This document shows, in pieces, positions 10,115 to 19,905 of a DNA stretch of 64,000 bases. A model generated the notes under the pieces. The model ran no database searches, was not told where the DNA came from, and saw only the letters and a list, made by a program, of their open reading frames with translations. Position 1 is the stretch's first letter. Each line of letters begins with the position of its first letter. This DNA is from an uncultured virus (IMG/VR IMGVR_UViG_3300035662_000021). Taxonomy: Duplodnaviria > Heunggongvirae > Uroviricota > Caudoviricetes. A program made the translations under genes and the position numbers. The stretch lies in the IMG/VR virus record IMGVR_UViG_3300035662_000021, one strand, 5' to 3'.

Positions 10115-10338
10115 CGACCAACTCCAGTATCCGGCACCACCGCCCCAACATTCACCCGAACCACCCGCCGCTGTGCCTGAGCAGGCGCCAGGTTGATCAG
10201 TTCTCGACCCCAGCGCCAACGCGAACGACGGCAGCTGTCGGCTTCATGGATCAGCCGTTTGATGTGGCGATCGGAGACACCAAGCGCTTCGGCAGCTTCC
10301 GCCACGGTGAGCAGCAGTCTGGAGTTGCGGTTGTCCAT
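10111..10338 (-). CDS. xis: Excisionase-like HTH protein
   Basis: LLTVAEAAEALGVSDRHIKRLI; convergent with int. Confidence 0.75.
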   Translation of the reverse strand: MDNRNSRLLLTVAEAAEALGVSDRHIKRLIHEADSCRRSRWRWGRELINLAPAQAQRRVVRVNVGAVVPDTGVGR

Positions 10339-10640
10339 CAGCAACGCTCCCTGCCGAATAGGGAGCAGTCACGGGCAAACCCTGGACCCTCCAGCGCCGG
10401 GTCTGGAAACCCCAGCCCGCACTCGCCGTGATGCCAGTGCATGCACCGCTCGCAGCTTGGATCGTTTGGCTCTGGTGGTGGACGGTAACCATCAGGCAAC
10501 ACGTCGCGGTAGATCTTGCCGATCCGTATCTGGCGGATCGTTTCACGGCTGACCCCATACACGTGCCCTAGAGCACGGTGCGTTTCAGGTGATGCAATGA
10601 TCGCCGCGATCTGCTCAGCGGTGAACTTCCGGGTGGTCAT
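10338..10640 (-). CDS. HTH protein with Cys-rich C-terminus
   Basis: HRALGHVYGVSRETIRQIRIGKIY; CxxCxxW...C. Confidence 0.65.
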   Translation of the reverse strand: MTTRKFTAEQIAAIIASPETHRALGHVYGVSRETIRQIRIGKIYRDVLPDGYRPPPEPNDPSCERCMHWHHGECGLGFPDPALEGPGFARDCSLFGRERC

Positions 10641-10774
10641 CCCTTGCTGCCCGTAACCTGCTGATCAAGCCATGCCCAACAGCGGCCTTTACGGCGTGAG
10701 CTGGCCATCCGAATCACACGGCCAGTGTCGCTGACCAAAAGCGCCGGAGCGCTAGGAGGAACTGCCCACTTCAT
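10637..10774 (-). CDS. Short NUMOD4-like ORF
   Basis: MKWAVPPSAPALLVSDTGRVIRM; ATGA overlaps at both ends. Confidence 0.4.
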   Translation of the reverse strand: MKWAVPPSAPALLVSDTGRVIRMASSRRKGRCWAWLDQQVTGSKG

Positions 10775-11283
10775 CCCAGTGAGCCCATGACGGTCTTGTG
10801 TTCATTATAACGCCCCGTTTTGGCATAGGACCGCATGGGTCGATCTGACATCTTGTGGAACACCATCTGTCCAATCTTCATCCCCGTCCATAGCAGCTGG
10901 GGCCAGAGCTGGCGGTTGTTGCGCAGCTCCAGCGTGAGAACACTGCCATGCCAGCCGGGGTCGGCCCAGACGGCGAGCGCCTGATCGAGGCCTTCGCGCG
11001 CGCGGCTGGATTTCAGCCTGAACTCAGCGGCGATGGTGTCAGGGATGTTGAAGGTCTCGCGGGTGGGCGCCAGCAGGAACTGTCCCGGTTTCATCTCATA
11101 GGGATTGGCTTCACTGTGCCAAGCCAGGGGGTACTGCACCAGCTCACGGGATTGCGCCGATTCGATCAGCAGCGTGTCACCGAGGCGAACGTCCAGGCTG
11201 GCGGGGTTGATCAGGTCAGGGTCGAATCCTTCCACCATGCCTTGGTTGCAGAGGTCGAGGATTTCGTGGTCGCAGAGGATCAT
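10771..11283 (-). CDS. dcd: dCTP deaminase
   Basis: INPASLDVRLG, KSSRAREGL, DPGWHG..TLELRN, IGQMVF, YAKTGRY. Confidence 0.92.
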   Translation of the reverse strand: MILCDHEILDLCNQGMVEGFDPDLINPASLDVRLGDTLLIESAQSRELVQYPLAWHSEANPYEMKPGQFLLAPTRETFNIPDTIAAEFRLKSSRAREGLDQALAVWADPGWHGSVLTLELRNNRQLWPQLLWTGMKIGQMVFHKMSDRPMRSYAKTGRYNEHKTVMGSLG

Positions 11284-11284
11284 T

Positions 11285-11527
11285 TCAGGAATCAGCGTCG
11301 GGGATGGATTCGAGGGCGCGGCGGATGGGGAAAGGCTTGGACCTGAGCAGGATCTGCGCGATCTGCCATTCGCGGCCGTCTGGGTCAACCACCCAGTAAC
11401 TGGGGACCAATCCACCAGCGAAGCCTGTCACCTTTCCGGAGTTAGACCACTGGCGGCAGTACACCTCATCACCAGGCTTGAATCGCGACCGGCGGCTTGT
11501 GTTAGTGAGCATTGCGGTCAAAGCCAT
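11285..11527 (-). CDS. SH3/KOW-like hypothetical protein
   Basis: RFKPGDEVY...GKVTG. Confidence 0.55.
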   Translation of the reverse strand: MALTAMLTNTSRRSRFKPGDEVYCRQWSNSGKVTGFAGGLVPSYWVVDPDGREWQIAQILLRSKPFPIRRALESIPDADS

Positions 11528-11754
11528 GCGGCCTTCTTCTTGCTGAGGATGGTGATTTTGTTGGCATTGGGATGGCGGTTCTGCGCGAACCGCTCGGCCT
11601 GTTGTTTACCGGTGGCGCGAATGGTGCCGCGCATCGGTCGGCCTTGCGGGAACCGTGCCTCAAACGGCCACAGGGTTGCCCGTGGGTTGGTGGTGCGGGT
11701 GATCCCTTCGCCTGCAGACAGGCAGGGGTCATCATCGAAACTGAGCGAGTTCAT
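11518..11754 (-). CDS. Hypothetical protein
   Basis: In operon. Confidence 0.55.
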   Translation of the reverse strand: MNSLSFDDDPCLSAGEGITRTTNPRATLWPFEARFPQGRPMRGTIRATGKQQAERFAQNRHPNANKITILSKKKAAWL

Positions 11755-12079
11755 TGTCCGTTGGTGTGGTGGATTGAAGTTCCCAGTGCTTGCACCAGTT
11801 GGATGGATGAACACTGGGCCAGGGCGGTAGATCGAGCAGGTGGCATGTGAGCCCAGTGCCGTCGTGCCGAACGTGCCGGCATGTCTGGCACGTGGTCACT
11901 ACCACCGCTCGGTGCGCTGCAGCTCGGTTTCGCGGTGCATGGTGTAACCGGCGGCGATGAAACCAGCGATCACGATCACCGTGAGCAGAGCAGTTCTCAT
12001 GCTTCCGCGACGGGCATGGGTCTGGGCAGCAGCTGCAGCACGTCGGCGTTGCGCTCGAAACGCATCCAGGGAAACCACT

Positions 12080-12238
12080 TCATGGCTTGGGTGTGATGCT
12101 GAGGATTTCGGTTTGCGGGCCGTACTGGAACGCGAAGGCGTCCTTGATGGCGTCGTTGCCCCAGCCGGTTGGAACGATCCATTCGAGTGTGGTTTCATCG
12201 GGGGAATCAGGGCGGCGGTACTTGATCTCGATGGTCAT
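12080..12238 (-). CDS. Hypothetical protein
   Basis: MTIEIKYRRPDS...; coupled. Confidence 0.5.
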   Translation of the reverse strand: MTIEIKYRRPDSPDETTLEWIVPTGWGNDAIKDAFAFQYGPQTEILSITPKP

Positions 12239-12615
12239 CAGACGAGCTCCTTTCCGGTCATGGACGGGAGGCTGAACACCTGTGCCGGTGCTGGTGGTTT
12301 GGCGTGGGTGGCGGACTGGATCTGCGCAGCGATGTGCTGGGTCTGCTGCACCAGGCCGGCGGCTAGATCGCGGTCGATCGGCGTGAAGTCGTCCCAGGCG
12401 TTTTCGGCCATCGCCGTGGCGACGGCCTGGGTTGCGTCGAGCAGCGCCACCAGCAGCGGCAACACGGGGCGGTTGAGGCGGCCGGGATCAGCGATCAGCA
12501 GCGAGCGATAGGGATCAGCCGGCATGGCGGCACGGGCGGCCTGCAGGATCGTGTCGGACAGCTCGCCGTTGCAGGTCATGGGATGGCCGGTGATGCAGGG
12601 CAGGGTTGATGTCAT
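12238..12615 (-). CDS. Hypothetical protein
   Basis: In operon; start uncertain. Confidence 0.55.
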   Translation of the reverse strand: MTSTLPCITGHPMTCNGELSDTILQAARAAMPADPYRSLLIADPGRLNRPVLPLLVALLDATQAVATAMAENAWDDFTPIDRDLAAGLVQQTQHIAAQIQSATHAKPPAPAQVFSLPSMTGKELV

Positions 12616-12653
12616 AGCGGGGTGTTGCGGTTGGGGAACGGATACGGTGCGGG

Positions 12654-13205
12654 TCACTTAATGGTCCAGCTGCGGCGTTCGACCAGGCATGCGCCATCGA
12701 TGGCCTGGCCAGCAGCGAGTGCAGCCTTGAGTGCCGTCTTGTCGGCGGTGTAGGTGGTCTTGACCCGCTGGAACTGCTCCGGCAGGTCAGCGGCGAGCAG
12801 CTCAGGATCGAGCTCCACGCTGGTGACGCGGCGGCTGGTGATGCTGTGCTCGGGGAGCTTCCAGGTGGTCTCTTCAGGGTCAACCCGTTGCAGTGCACTG
12901 ATCAGCCGGTCCTGTAGCACTTCTGCCTGATGCTCAGCAGCTTTGGCCAGCTCAGCCAGCCGGCGTGCATGATCAGCCCGTACTGCAGCTTGTGCGCGGA
13001 TGTGATCGATCGCCCAGCACCAGGCGTCGGCCTTGGTTTCAACAGCCTTGCGGTTGTCCGCTTCGGCATCGATCAGGGTCTCAAGCTGAGCGGTAGCCTC
13101 AGCCACCTCTGCCGGGTCATCAGAGAACAGCAGCTCGGCGGCAGCGTTGATGCGGCCCTGCAGCCGCAGGGCGTCGCCGGTCAGGTCGAAGAGTGTTGCG
13201 GTCAT
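12654..13205 (-). CDS. Siphovirus Gp157-family protein
   Basis: TLFDLT, coiled coil, LPEQFQRVK..ADKTALKAALAAGQAIDGACLVERRSWTIK. Confidence 0.85.
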   Translation of the reverse strand: MTATLFDLTGDALRLQGRINAAAELLFSDDPAEVAEATAQLETLIDAEADNRKAVETKADAWCWAIDHIRAQAAVRADHARRLAELAKAAEHQAEVLQDRLISALQRVDPEETTWKLPEHSITSRRVTSVELDPELLAADLPEQFQRVKTTYTADKTALKAALAAGQAIDGACLVERRSWTIK

Positions 13206-13209
13206 GGGA

Positions 13210-13365
13210 TCAGCGGAGCGATGGGTTGCGATCAGCAGCGGAGAGGGACGGGTGACGATCAAGCCAGCAGCGTGGTTCGAGGTCGCTGCCAAACCCGGAG
13301 TCCTCGGCCTCGGGCACGTCGTCGGTTTCGTCCCACGCATCCGCGTAGGCCTCGTCGAAAGTCAT
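13210..13365 (-). CDS. Small acidic protein
   Basis: First gene after the palindrome promoter; ends HPSLSAADRNPSLR. Confidence 0.55.
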   Translation of the reverse strand: MTFDEAYADAWDETDDVPEAEDSGFGSDLEPRCWLDRHPSLSAADRNPSLR

Positions 13366-13392
13366 GGTTGCAGTGGTGTGGTGGCCTTCCAA

Positions 13393-13424
13393 ATCATACC
13401 GCTGCGGTTGCGCATCTGCAACGG
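13393..13424 (-). promoter_or_regulatory. Sigma70-type promoter overlapped by 26-bp palindrome
   Basis: TTGCAG-N17-TATGAT on the minus strand. Confidence 0.7.
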
Positions 13425-13656
13425 TCTGGAGCGGCTTGATCGCTGCCGGAACGCTGAGGCGGTGGGTTGCTGACCCCTGAAACCCCCGTGGTGACAGGGG
13501 TTTTCCTTTGGCTGGCACGGGTTACGATTGATGGAGCAGCTGGGGTGGTTCCCGGCTGCCGACACCGTGACCCGTGTCACTGTGTGGTGGCTGGGGCCTT
13601 CGGGCCCCACTTACCACAACGGAGCACCGGAAACCTGAGCCAGTTGCGGCTCTGCG

Positions 13657-14349
13657 GTGACGCTCTGGTTCCGAATGTTTCCGGGCCGCGGTCGCATCAA
13701 GGGGATCGCCACCAACCAGATCAGCGAAGGCGGCAACTATGTGGTGCGGCGCCGGCACAGGGAGCAGGACACCTCGGGGTGGGTGCGGACGTTGCGAGGT
13801 AAGGCAACCGATGGCAGCACGATCGCGCTAGTCGAGAAACGCAACGCAGCACAGGAGTTCGTTCGGTTCGGCGTGGACCCCGTGACCGGCATCGGCCAGG
13901 GTGCGCCACGGTCAGAGCTGGCACCAAGGCGGCTGATTGATTTTGGGGACACCGTGCACCTGAGGCTGGAGTTTCGCGTGCGTGCTGAGAACCTCGACCG
14001 GTTGAGCGGCTACGTGCTCCAGTTCTGGCAGCCAGTGATCTCTCCTATCGCCGGGATTCGCGTCAGCGGTGGCCGGCTGGAAGCGGTGAGCCGTTCAGCT
14101 GGTGGCGCTGCCAGTGCGCCGCTCACGCGGGGGTGGAATGAGATCAAGTTGACGTTCAGACCTGGCGACGATGGCCTGTTCAAGCTGCGGGGTGATCTGA
14201 ACGGGTCGGTAGCGGGGCGGATCAACGGGGGCAGCCAGGCGGGGCTGGCGACTGACGACATCTACCGCCCGAAGTTCGGATGGTACGGATCGCCAGGGCA
14301 GAACGTGGCCGTGGACTACCGCCGGTTCGTGCAGTGGGCCGAGAGCTGA
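13657..14349 (+). CDS. Polysaccharide-lyase-like beta-jelly-roll protein
   Basis: RSEL, LQFWQ, GWNEIKL, PKFGWY motifs. Confidence 0.55.
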   Translation: MTLWFRMFPGRGRIKGIATNQISEGGNYVVRRRHREQDTSGWVRTLRGKATDGSTIALVEKRNAAQEFVRFGVDPVTGIGQGAPRSELAPRRLIDFGDTVHLRLEFRVRAENLDRLSGYVLQFWQPVISPIAGIRVSGGRLEAVSRSAGGAASAPLTRGWNEIKLTFRPGDDGLFKLRGDLNGSVAGRINGGSQAGLATDDIYRPKFGWYGSPGQNVAVDYRRFVQWAES

Positions 14350-14350
14350 C

Positions 14351-14494
14351 CTACGGCTGCACCAGATCAAACACCACCCAGGCGACGACGACCGCGACGC
14401 CCAGCGCCACCGGTAAAGGCACGGCACTCAGCAGCCAGACCAGCAGGCCGGCCACCAGCGCAACGGCCACTGTGAAGCGGATCAGGTACGCCAT
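14351..14494 (-). CDS. Small 2-TM protein (holin-like)
   Basis: MAYLIRFTVAVALVAGLLVWLLSAVPLPVALGVAVVVAWVVFDLVQP. Confidence 0.55.
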   Translation of the reverse strand: MAYLIRFTVAVALVAGLLVWLLSAVPLPVALGVAVVVAWVVFDLVQP

Positions 14495-14664
14495 CACTCC
14501 CATCCAATTCGCAGCAGCGCCACCAGCAGCACCGCAACGGCAACGCTGGCTGGGGCCATCATCGCGGCGATCATTGCGACATCACAGGTCATGGGATAGC
14601 AGCTCCGAACGTGTTGATCAGTGTGGTGAGTAGGAGTAGGAGGGTGGTCATCGAGGCCGGGACA

Positions 14665-15129
14665 CTACGGGGCACTCAGGCCGTCAATGAATCGCTGCGG
14701 CAGGTCGTAGCCGCTGGACATGCTGATCAAGTGTTGCTGCAGGTCGGAGGGGATCATCTCGGCGGCCAGGCCCAGCCCCCACGCCTCTAGAAATGTGCGC
14801 ACGTCACCTTGTGCGGCTTGACCGAGGCCCACTCCGATCATCAGGTGCAGCACGGGGGCAGCCTGAGCGATGGCGGCGACGAACTGGTTGATCGCTGGAT
14901 CAGCAGCAAGCGCAGCGCCAAACTCCAGCCACTTGTCAGCGGTGGCGCCATTGATACCGAAATACGATTCGGCCTCTGATTGGCTGTTGAACCAAAACCA
15001 GCCGTTGACAGGAAATGCAATTGTTACGTGATTCTCGGCCAGCAGGGTGTAGTTGGGTGCATACACGCTGGTCGCCGCGTAGCTGAGCAGCTCGCGGTCG
15101 AACTTGTAAAAGCCAGGATTTATGGTCAT
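14665..15129 (-). CDS. Hypothetical protein, possible tail fibre partner
   Basis: Coupled to the LRR gene. Confidence 0.65.
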   Translation of the reverse strand: MTINPGFYKFDRELLSYAATSVYAPNYTLLAENHVTIAFPVNGWFWFNSQSEAESYFGINGATADKWLEFGAALAADPAINQFVAAIAQAAPVLHLMIGVGLGQAAQGDVRTFLEAWGLGLAAEMIPSDLQQHLISMSSGYDLPQRFIDGLSAP

Positions 15130-16919
15130 GCTGTCACCGTCCATCCTTTGGCCGTGGCAATGGTTGGGTTGTAGCCAGCCTCATTGATGCCGTAGTTTCC
15201 CGTGACCGTAATAATCTGGCCGGTGACAGTAGGCAGCCCGGCAAAGATCTCGTTGAGTGCGACAGCGGATAAGCGTTGGTTGGCGACGGAGAATGTAAAT
15301 CGCTGCCCGGTGGCTTGAATACGGGCGAGCCCGCCAGCGATGTAGATGTTGGCGAAATTAGCCGATGACGATACGCCTGATGTGTCCATCGGCGGTATCG
15401 TTTGCAGGCTGGAGCAGTTCTGAAACATGCCGCTCATGTTCGTTACTGCTGCAACGCTGTCAGGGAATGGCGGTATCGTTTGCAGGCTGGAGCAGCCAAA
15501 GAACATGCTGCTCATGGTCGTTACTGCTGCAACGCTTCCTGGGAATGGCGGTATCGTTTGCAGGCTGGAGCAGCTCTGAAACATGCTGCTCATGTTCGTT
15601 ACTGCTGCAACGCTGCCTGGGAATGGCGGTATCGTTTGCAGGCTGGAGCAGCCAAGGAACATGTTGTTCATGATCGTTACTGCTGCAACGCTGTCAGGGA
15701 ATGGCGGTATCGTTTGCAGGCTGGTGCAGCCCTGAAACATGCTGCTCATGGTCGTTACTGCTGCAACGCTTCCTGGGAATGGCGGTATCGTTTGCAGGCT
15801 GGAGCAGCCAAAGAACATGTTGGTCATGTTCGTTACTGCTGCAACGCTGCCCGGGAATGGCGGTATCGTTTGCAGGCTGGAGCAGCCAAAGAACATGCTA
15901 ATCATGTTCGTTACTGCTGCAACGCTGCCCGGGAATGGCGGTATCGTTTGCAGGCTGGAGCAGCTCTGAAACATGCTGCTCATGGTCGTTACTGCTGCAA
16001 CGCTTCCTGGGAATGGCGGTATCGTTTGCAGGCTGAAGCAGTTCTGAAACATGCTGCCCATATTTGTTACCGCCGTTGCACTAGGCAAACTCGGCAACGA
16101 TTGCAAACTGCGGCAACCATTAAAGAGCTCAGCCATCGAAGTCAACGCACCAACCGCCACAATGTTGATGCGCTCAATTAACGCATGAACAACAGTCGTT
16201 GTACCACCAATCGTTAAGTTGGCGCCGCTGACTTGCGGAATGGCCATTGCTAGATCTAGCCAGCCGGTCGGATAGTTATTTACCAGCCCTGTTTGACCGT
16301 GCTTCTGAAAAAAGTTCACCAACGTCAGGTTTTGCCCTGCCTGCGGTGTGATCGTCACCACGGCCACTTTGTACGGCAGCAGCGTGGCTGAGCCATCCGT
16401 GCCGGTTAGATCAACAGCGCTGCCGCCAATAGTTTCGGCAATCTGAAAACTGTTGGCCGCTGCGTTGATGACGTAATACAGCCGACCGGCAACGATGCCA
16501 GTTGTATTCACCAGGTTATAGAACCTAATGCCAGCACCATTGCTCAGGCCGTGCGCAGTGCGATTGACGACATTTGTGGCAACGGTGAACGTTACTGGCG
16601 CATCAGTGCCAGCAAGTTGCGGGTCGTTGAAGTCAAACTGATAATCTGCGCGAGTGTTGCTCGCATAATTTGTAACCGTACCATCGCCATAATCAATCGT
16701 ATAGGCGCCCTGCGCAAGGAACGCAACGAAGTTGCCGCCAGGGCCGGTGCCATCACCAGGCCACACCGCATGTAGCCCTACAATCCTTTGCTCTTCTGCA
16801 CCAGGCGTCGTCAGCGCCGGCCACGCTGGATTGCGCACCCACTCAGCAGTAACAGCACCACCATCACCGCCAGCAACCAGCGTGCTGCCTAAATAGATTT
16901 TTCCCGTTGTAGTTGGCAT
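15126..16919 (-). CDS. Tail-associated BspA/DUF285-type leucine-rich repeat protein
   Basis: 26-aa repeats MxxMFxxCxSLQTIPPFPGSVAAVT; ends ATAKGWTVTA. Confidence 0.85.
   Translation of the reverse strand: MPTTTGKIYLGSTLVAGGDGGAVTAEWVRNPAWPALTTPGAEEQRIVGLHAVWPGDGTGPGGNFVAFLAQGAYTIDYGDGTVTNYASNTRADYQFDFNDPQLAGTDAPVTFTVATNVVNRTAHGLSNGAGIRFYNLVNTTGIVAGRLYYVINAAANSFQIAETIGGSAVDLTGTDGSATLLPYKVAVVTITPQAGQNLTLVNFFQKHGQTGLVNNYPTGWLDLAMAIPQVSGANLTIGGTTTVVHALIERINIVAVGALTSMAELFNGCRSLQSLPSLPSATAVTNMGSMFQNCFSLQTIPPFPGSVAAVTTMSSMFQSCSSLQTIPPFPGSVAAVTNMISMFFGCSSLQTIPPFPGSVAAVTNMTNMFFGCSSLQTIPPFPGSVAAVTTMSSMFQGCTSLQTIPPFPDSVAAVTIMNNMFLGCSSLQTIPPFPGSVAAVTNMSSMFQSCSSLQTIPPFPGSVAAVTTMSSMFFGCSSLQTIPPFPDSVAAVTNMSGMFQNCSSLQTIPPMDTSGVSSSANFANIYIAGGLARIQATGQRFTFSVANQRLSAVALNEIFAGLPTVTGQIITVTGNYGINEAGYNPTIATAKGWTVTA
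15391..16050 (-). repeat. 78-bp coding tandem repeat, about 9 units
   Basis: GGCGGTATCGTTTGCAGGCTG at 15391, 15469, 15547 ... 16015. Confidence 0.95.
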
Positions 16920-17770
16920 CAGCTTATGATCACGTAAAGAGTGGTAGCGCTAGGCGTTGCGATGGCGTCGTATTCAGACTGCGTGAGGCTGACGATGTTG
17001 GTCACGGCGTCGGCTCCGGTGATGCCGGTCGGGTCACTGACTACGGCACCAGTCGGGCCGGCTGGGCCTTGCGGGCCAGTCGCGCCCTGCGGTCCAGCAG
17101 GGCCGGCATCGCCGGTATCGCCTTTTGGTCCTTGCGGGCCAGTCGCGCCAGTCGGGCCTTGAGGCCCAGCGTCCCCGGTATCACCCTTGGCACCGGCCGG
17201 GCCCGCAGCACCAGTCGCGCCTGCAGGCCCCTGGGGTCCAGTCGGGCCCGTGTCGCCAGTGTCGCCCTTGGGCCCAGCAGGGCCAGGCGAGCCTGCAGGG
17301 CCCTGAGCGCCGGTCGGACCAGGATCGCCTTGTGGGCCTTGTGCCCCCGCTGCCCCCGCTGCTCCAGCAGGCCCCACCAGCGATGCACCTGCAGGCCATG
17401 CACCCGCCGCCTTCGGCCCGTAGATCACCCAGCCGGTGGTGTCGATGAAGAAATCACCGTTCGCGCCAACACCACCACCAGGTGCGCCGCTGCCACTCAG
17501 TACCGTCCGCCCGTCAACACCAGCCGCACCAGCCGCACCCGCAGGCCCCTGCTGCCCCTCGGCGATGTTGAAGATCACCGCACCCCAGGCGCCGGCTGTC
17601 TTCGGCCCGTAGATGTCGCCGTTGGCGGTGTTCAGGTAGAAATCGCCGTTGCTGCCTACGCCAGCGCCAGGCGCTCCACTGCCCTGCCGCCACGCTGCGC
17701 CAACACCGGTCGCCCCTGCCGGTCCCGGCGGCCCCGGCGTGACGACCTTGATCACTGCAGGGCAGCTCAT
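16919..17770 (-). CDS. Collagen-like tail fibre protein
   Basis: Gly-X-Y runs; GDFYLNT/YGPK repeats; [20 protein letters not shown]. Confidence 0.88.
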   Translation of the reverse strand: MSCPAVIKVVTPGPPGPAGATGVGAAWRQGSGAPGAGVGSNGDFYLNTANGDIYGPKTAGAWGAVIFNIAEGQQGPAGAAGAAGVDGRTVLSGSGAPGGGVGANGDFFIDTTGWVIYGPKAAGAWPAGASLVGPAGAAGAAGAQGPQGDPGPTGAQGPAGSPGPAGPKGDTGDTGPTGPQGPAGATGAAGPAGAKGDTGDAGPQGPTGATGPQGPKGDTGDAGPAGPQGATGPQGPAGPTGAVVSDPTGITGADAVTNIVSLTQSEYDAIATPSATTLYVIIS

Positions 17771-18126
17771 GGATCCCTCCTGGTGGTTCTCAGTGCAACG
17801 GTCACAGGACCCGCCGCAAGGTGGTGGTCATCTGCAACGACGTTGCCCGGCGCCACCATTAGGCAGTCGTATCGGTAGCGCTTGCCCAACCGCAACGTGT
17901 TTACCGTCGCCTCGGGCAGGATCAGCTTCACCACACCGGTGGCAGCGTTGGCATTCACCGTCACCGGATATACCGTGCGGCCCTTCTCATCGCTGACGGT
18001 GGCGTTCACGTCCCAGCCAGCGAATGGCCAGGCGATCGTGCCGGCTGCATCAGTGAACAGATGCAGCTCCAGCAGTGCATCAATGCCCTGCTCCATGTTC
18101 CAGGGTTCGTCTTCAACCCACGCCAT
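17767..18126 (-). CDS. Structural/baseplate-type Ig-like protein
   Basis: YRYDCLM..AGPVTV pattern; position in late operon. Confidence 0.6.
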   Translation of the reverse strand: MAWVEDEPWNMEQGIDALLELHLFTDAAGTIAWPFAGWDVNATVSDEKGRTVYPVTVNANAATGVVKLILPEATVNTLRLGKRYRYDCLMVAPGNVVADDHHLAAGPVTVALRTTRRDP

Positions 18127-18149
18127 GGATCAGGAACCTCGCTGGTGCC

Positions 18150-18335
18150 TCAGTTTTCCTGCCACGCCTCGTCCTTATCAGGCGTGGCCGGATCGTCAGC
18201 CTTGAACTTCCCGCCAGCCACACGGGCGCGGGTCTTCGGTGCGGCAGGTTCGGCAGCAGGCTCTGTTACGGGCGCACCCATCGCCGCCAGCATCTCCTCA
18301 ACCGTCACACCCTGGGGCATCGCAAACGAAGCCAT
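18150..18335 (-). CDS. Small hypothetical protein
   Basis: RARVAGGKFKADDPATPDKDEAW motif. Confidence 0.65.
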   Translation of the reverse strand: MASFAMPQGVTVEEMLAAMGAPVTEPAAEPAAPKTRARVAGGKFKADDPATPDKDEAWQEN

Positions 18336-18360
18336 CAGTCAGTCCTCAGAAAATGGTGAA

Positions 18361-18380
18361 GGGGACCCCGAAGAGTCCCC
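18361..18380 (-). terminator. Hairpin terminator after the capsid genes
   Basis: GGGGACTC-TTCG-GGGTCCCC followed by TTCACCATTTT. Confidence 0.6.
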
Positions 18381-18387
18381 CAGTGGA

Positions 18388-18843
18388 TCAGTCAGCCACC
18401 TGCAGACTGATCGTGTTCACCCCAGCAGGGGCGTTAGCATCGACGCCAGCGTTGGCGCGAATCGCCACCACACGCACATCACCGGAGGTGATCGAGGCGC
18501 CGGTAGCAGCCAGTGCACGCACCTGCGCACCGCTCAGTGCAATCTCCTGGATGCCAGGGGCACAGGTGATCACAGCAATGGTGGCGTAGTGCGAGTTATT
18601 CACGGTGCCGCCTTCGGCAACGTGAGCCACCTGCACGGTGTACTGACCCGCGGCCGACGCGTTACCGTGCGCCACGAGCTTGAAGGTGTCCTGAGCATCA
18701 AGGCGAGTGTTCAGGATCTGAGCCGCACCCGTACGGGTGGCAGCGGCGCGGCCTCGGGCGCCAGCAGCGACGGCACCCACCAGGACGGTGGATGCGTCGA
18801 TCAGGTACCCCCGGCGGGGGGAGAGGCCAGTAGAGCGAGCCAT
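18388..18843 (-). CDS. Head decoration/cement-like protein
   Basis: Directly after major capsid; beta-rich. Confidence 0.6.
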   Translation of the reverse strand: MARSTGLSPRRGYLIDASTVLVGAVAAGARGRAAATRTGAAQILNTRLDAQDTFKLVAHGNASAAGQYTVQVAHVAEGGTVNNSHYATIAVITCAPGIQEIALSGAQVRALAATGASITSGDVRVVAIRANAGVDANAPAGVNTISLQVAD

Positions 18844-18872
18844 TGATAAACCTCGGAATCAGGGAACGAGAA

Positions 18873-19793
18873 TCAGGCCACTACAGCCGCATCGGTCACG
18901 CCAGAGAGACGGGCGGCGGACCTCCCGTTCATCACAGCCATGCCGCAGTACCACTCCAGCCTTGTGCGATCGACCGGCGCATCAGGAACTTCACCCAGAG
19001 CACGAACGGAAGGTCCGAACTGACCGCGAGCGCGGCCCTGCAGGGCGGTGGTAAGCAGGTCGCCAAAGGCGACGCAGTAGATGGATGTGGAGCTGGATGC
19101 CTCGGTGAAAGGCATGATCGGCAGATTCTGGGCGTTGGTGTCAACGACCACGATCGGCACATCCCCGTAGGTGGTGACGCGACGACCGAACTCGTTCTGC
19201 TCGTAGTTGATGAAACCACCGATGGACGAGTTGCGGCTGGCGGTGTTCAAGCGCCTGCGCATTTTCTTGTTCATGATCAGCACCTTCTCGCCACCAGCGG
19301 CATCGCAGGCGTCGATCAGCTCATCGAGAGCGGACAGCGAGAGAGCACCGCCCATGGCGATCGCCTGGGAGCTGCCGGTATTGATCCGGCGGCGGAGGCC
19401 ATCAAAGGTGCGAGGGTTGGCGGATTCGTCACCATTGATGAACTGATCCTCGAAGGTGAGCCGCATGGAGCGGACCTTCATCTGGACCTGATCAGCGATG
19501 GCCTGGGGGCCACGCATGTCGATGATGGCGGTGTCCACGTCAACCTCGGCGCCCATGATCTTCAGCTTTTCAGCTTGAGGATTGAGCACGCCATAGGTGG
19601 CGTCGAGGGTTTCGTTGATGCCACGGAACCCGACAGCGGGCAGCTCGGCTTCAACGTCATAGAACACGCCCTCACCTTCCACGTTTTGGAAGGGGATGAC
19701 GCTCATCAGCTCGCCTTCAGCGAGCTCACGGATTACAGCAAGGCGAGCCAGGTCACGTTCGGATTTGGCCGCCTCCAGAAGGGTAAGGCCCAT
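18873..19793 (-). CDS. Major capsid protein
   Basis: MGLTLLEAAK, LPAVGFRGINE, FINGD..FDGL, YRTR-like RTRLEWYCG..SAARL. Confidence 0.88.
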   Translation of the reverse strand: MGLTLLEAAKSERDLARLAVIRELAEGELMSVIPFQNVEGEGVFYDVEAELPAVGFRGINETLDATYGVLNPQAEKLKIMGAEVDVDTAIIDMRGPQAIADQVQMKVRSMRLTFEDQFINGDESANPRTFDGLRRRINTGSSQAIAMGGALSLSALDELIDACDAAGGEKVLIMNKKMRRRLNTASRNSSIGGFINYEQNEFGRRVTTYGDVPIVVVDTNAQNLPIMPFTEASSSTSIYCVAFGDLLTTALQGRARGQFGPSVRALGEVPDAPVDRTRLEWYCGMAVMNGRSAARLSGVTDAAVVA

Positions 19794-19905
19794 TGGGGGA
19801 ACAGGGGGAAGAGGTCTGCTGGTGGCGTCACGCCGGGATGGGAGGCATCACGCTTCCCGTGTCGTGAACAGCAGACCCCTGGCGATTAAGCCGTTGCCTG
19901 TTTAA

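Noticed and set aside
15391..16050. CRISPR array or DGR template/variable repeats
   Set aside because: Units are in-frame coding repeats with no unique spacers; no cas or reverse transcriptase gene in the window
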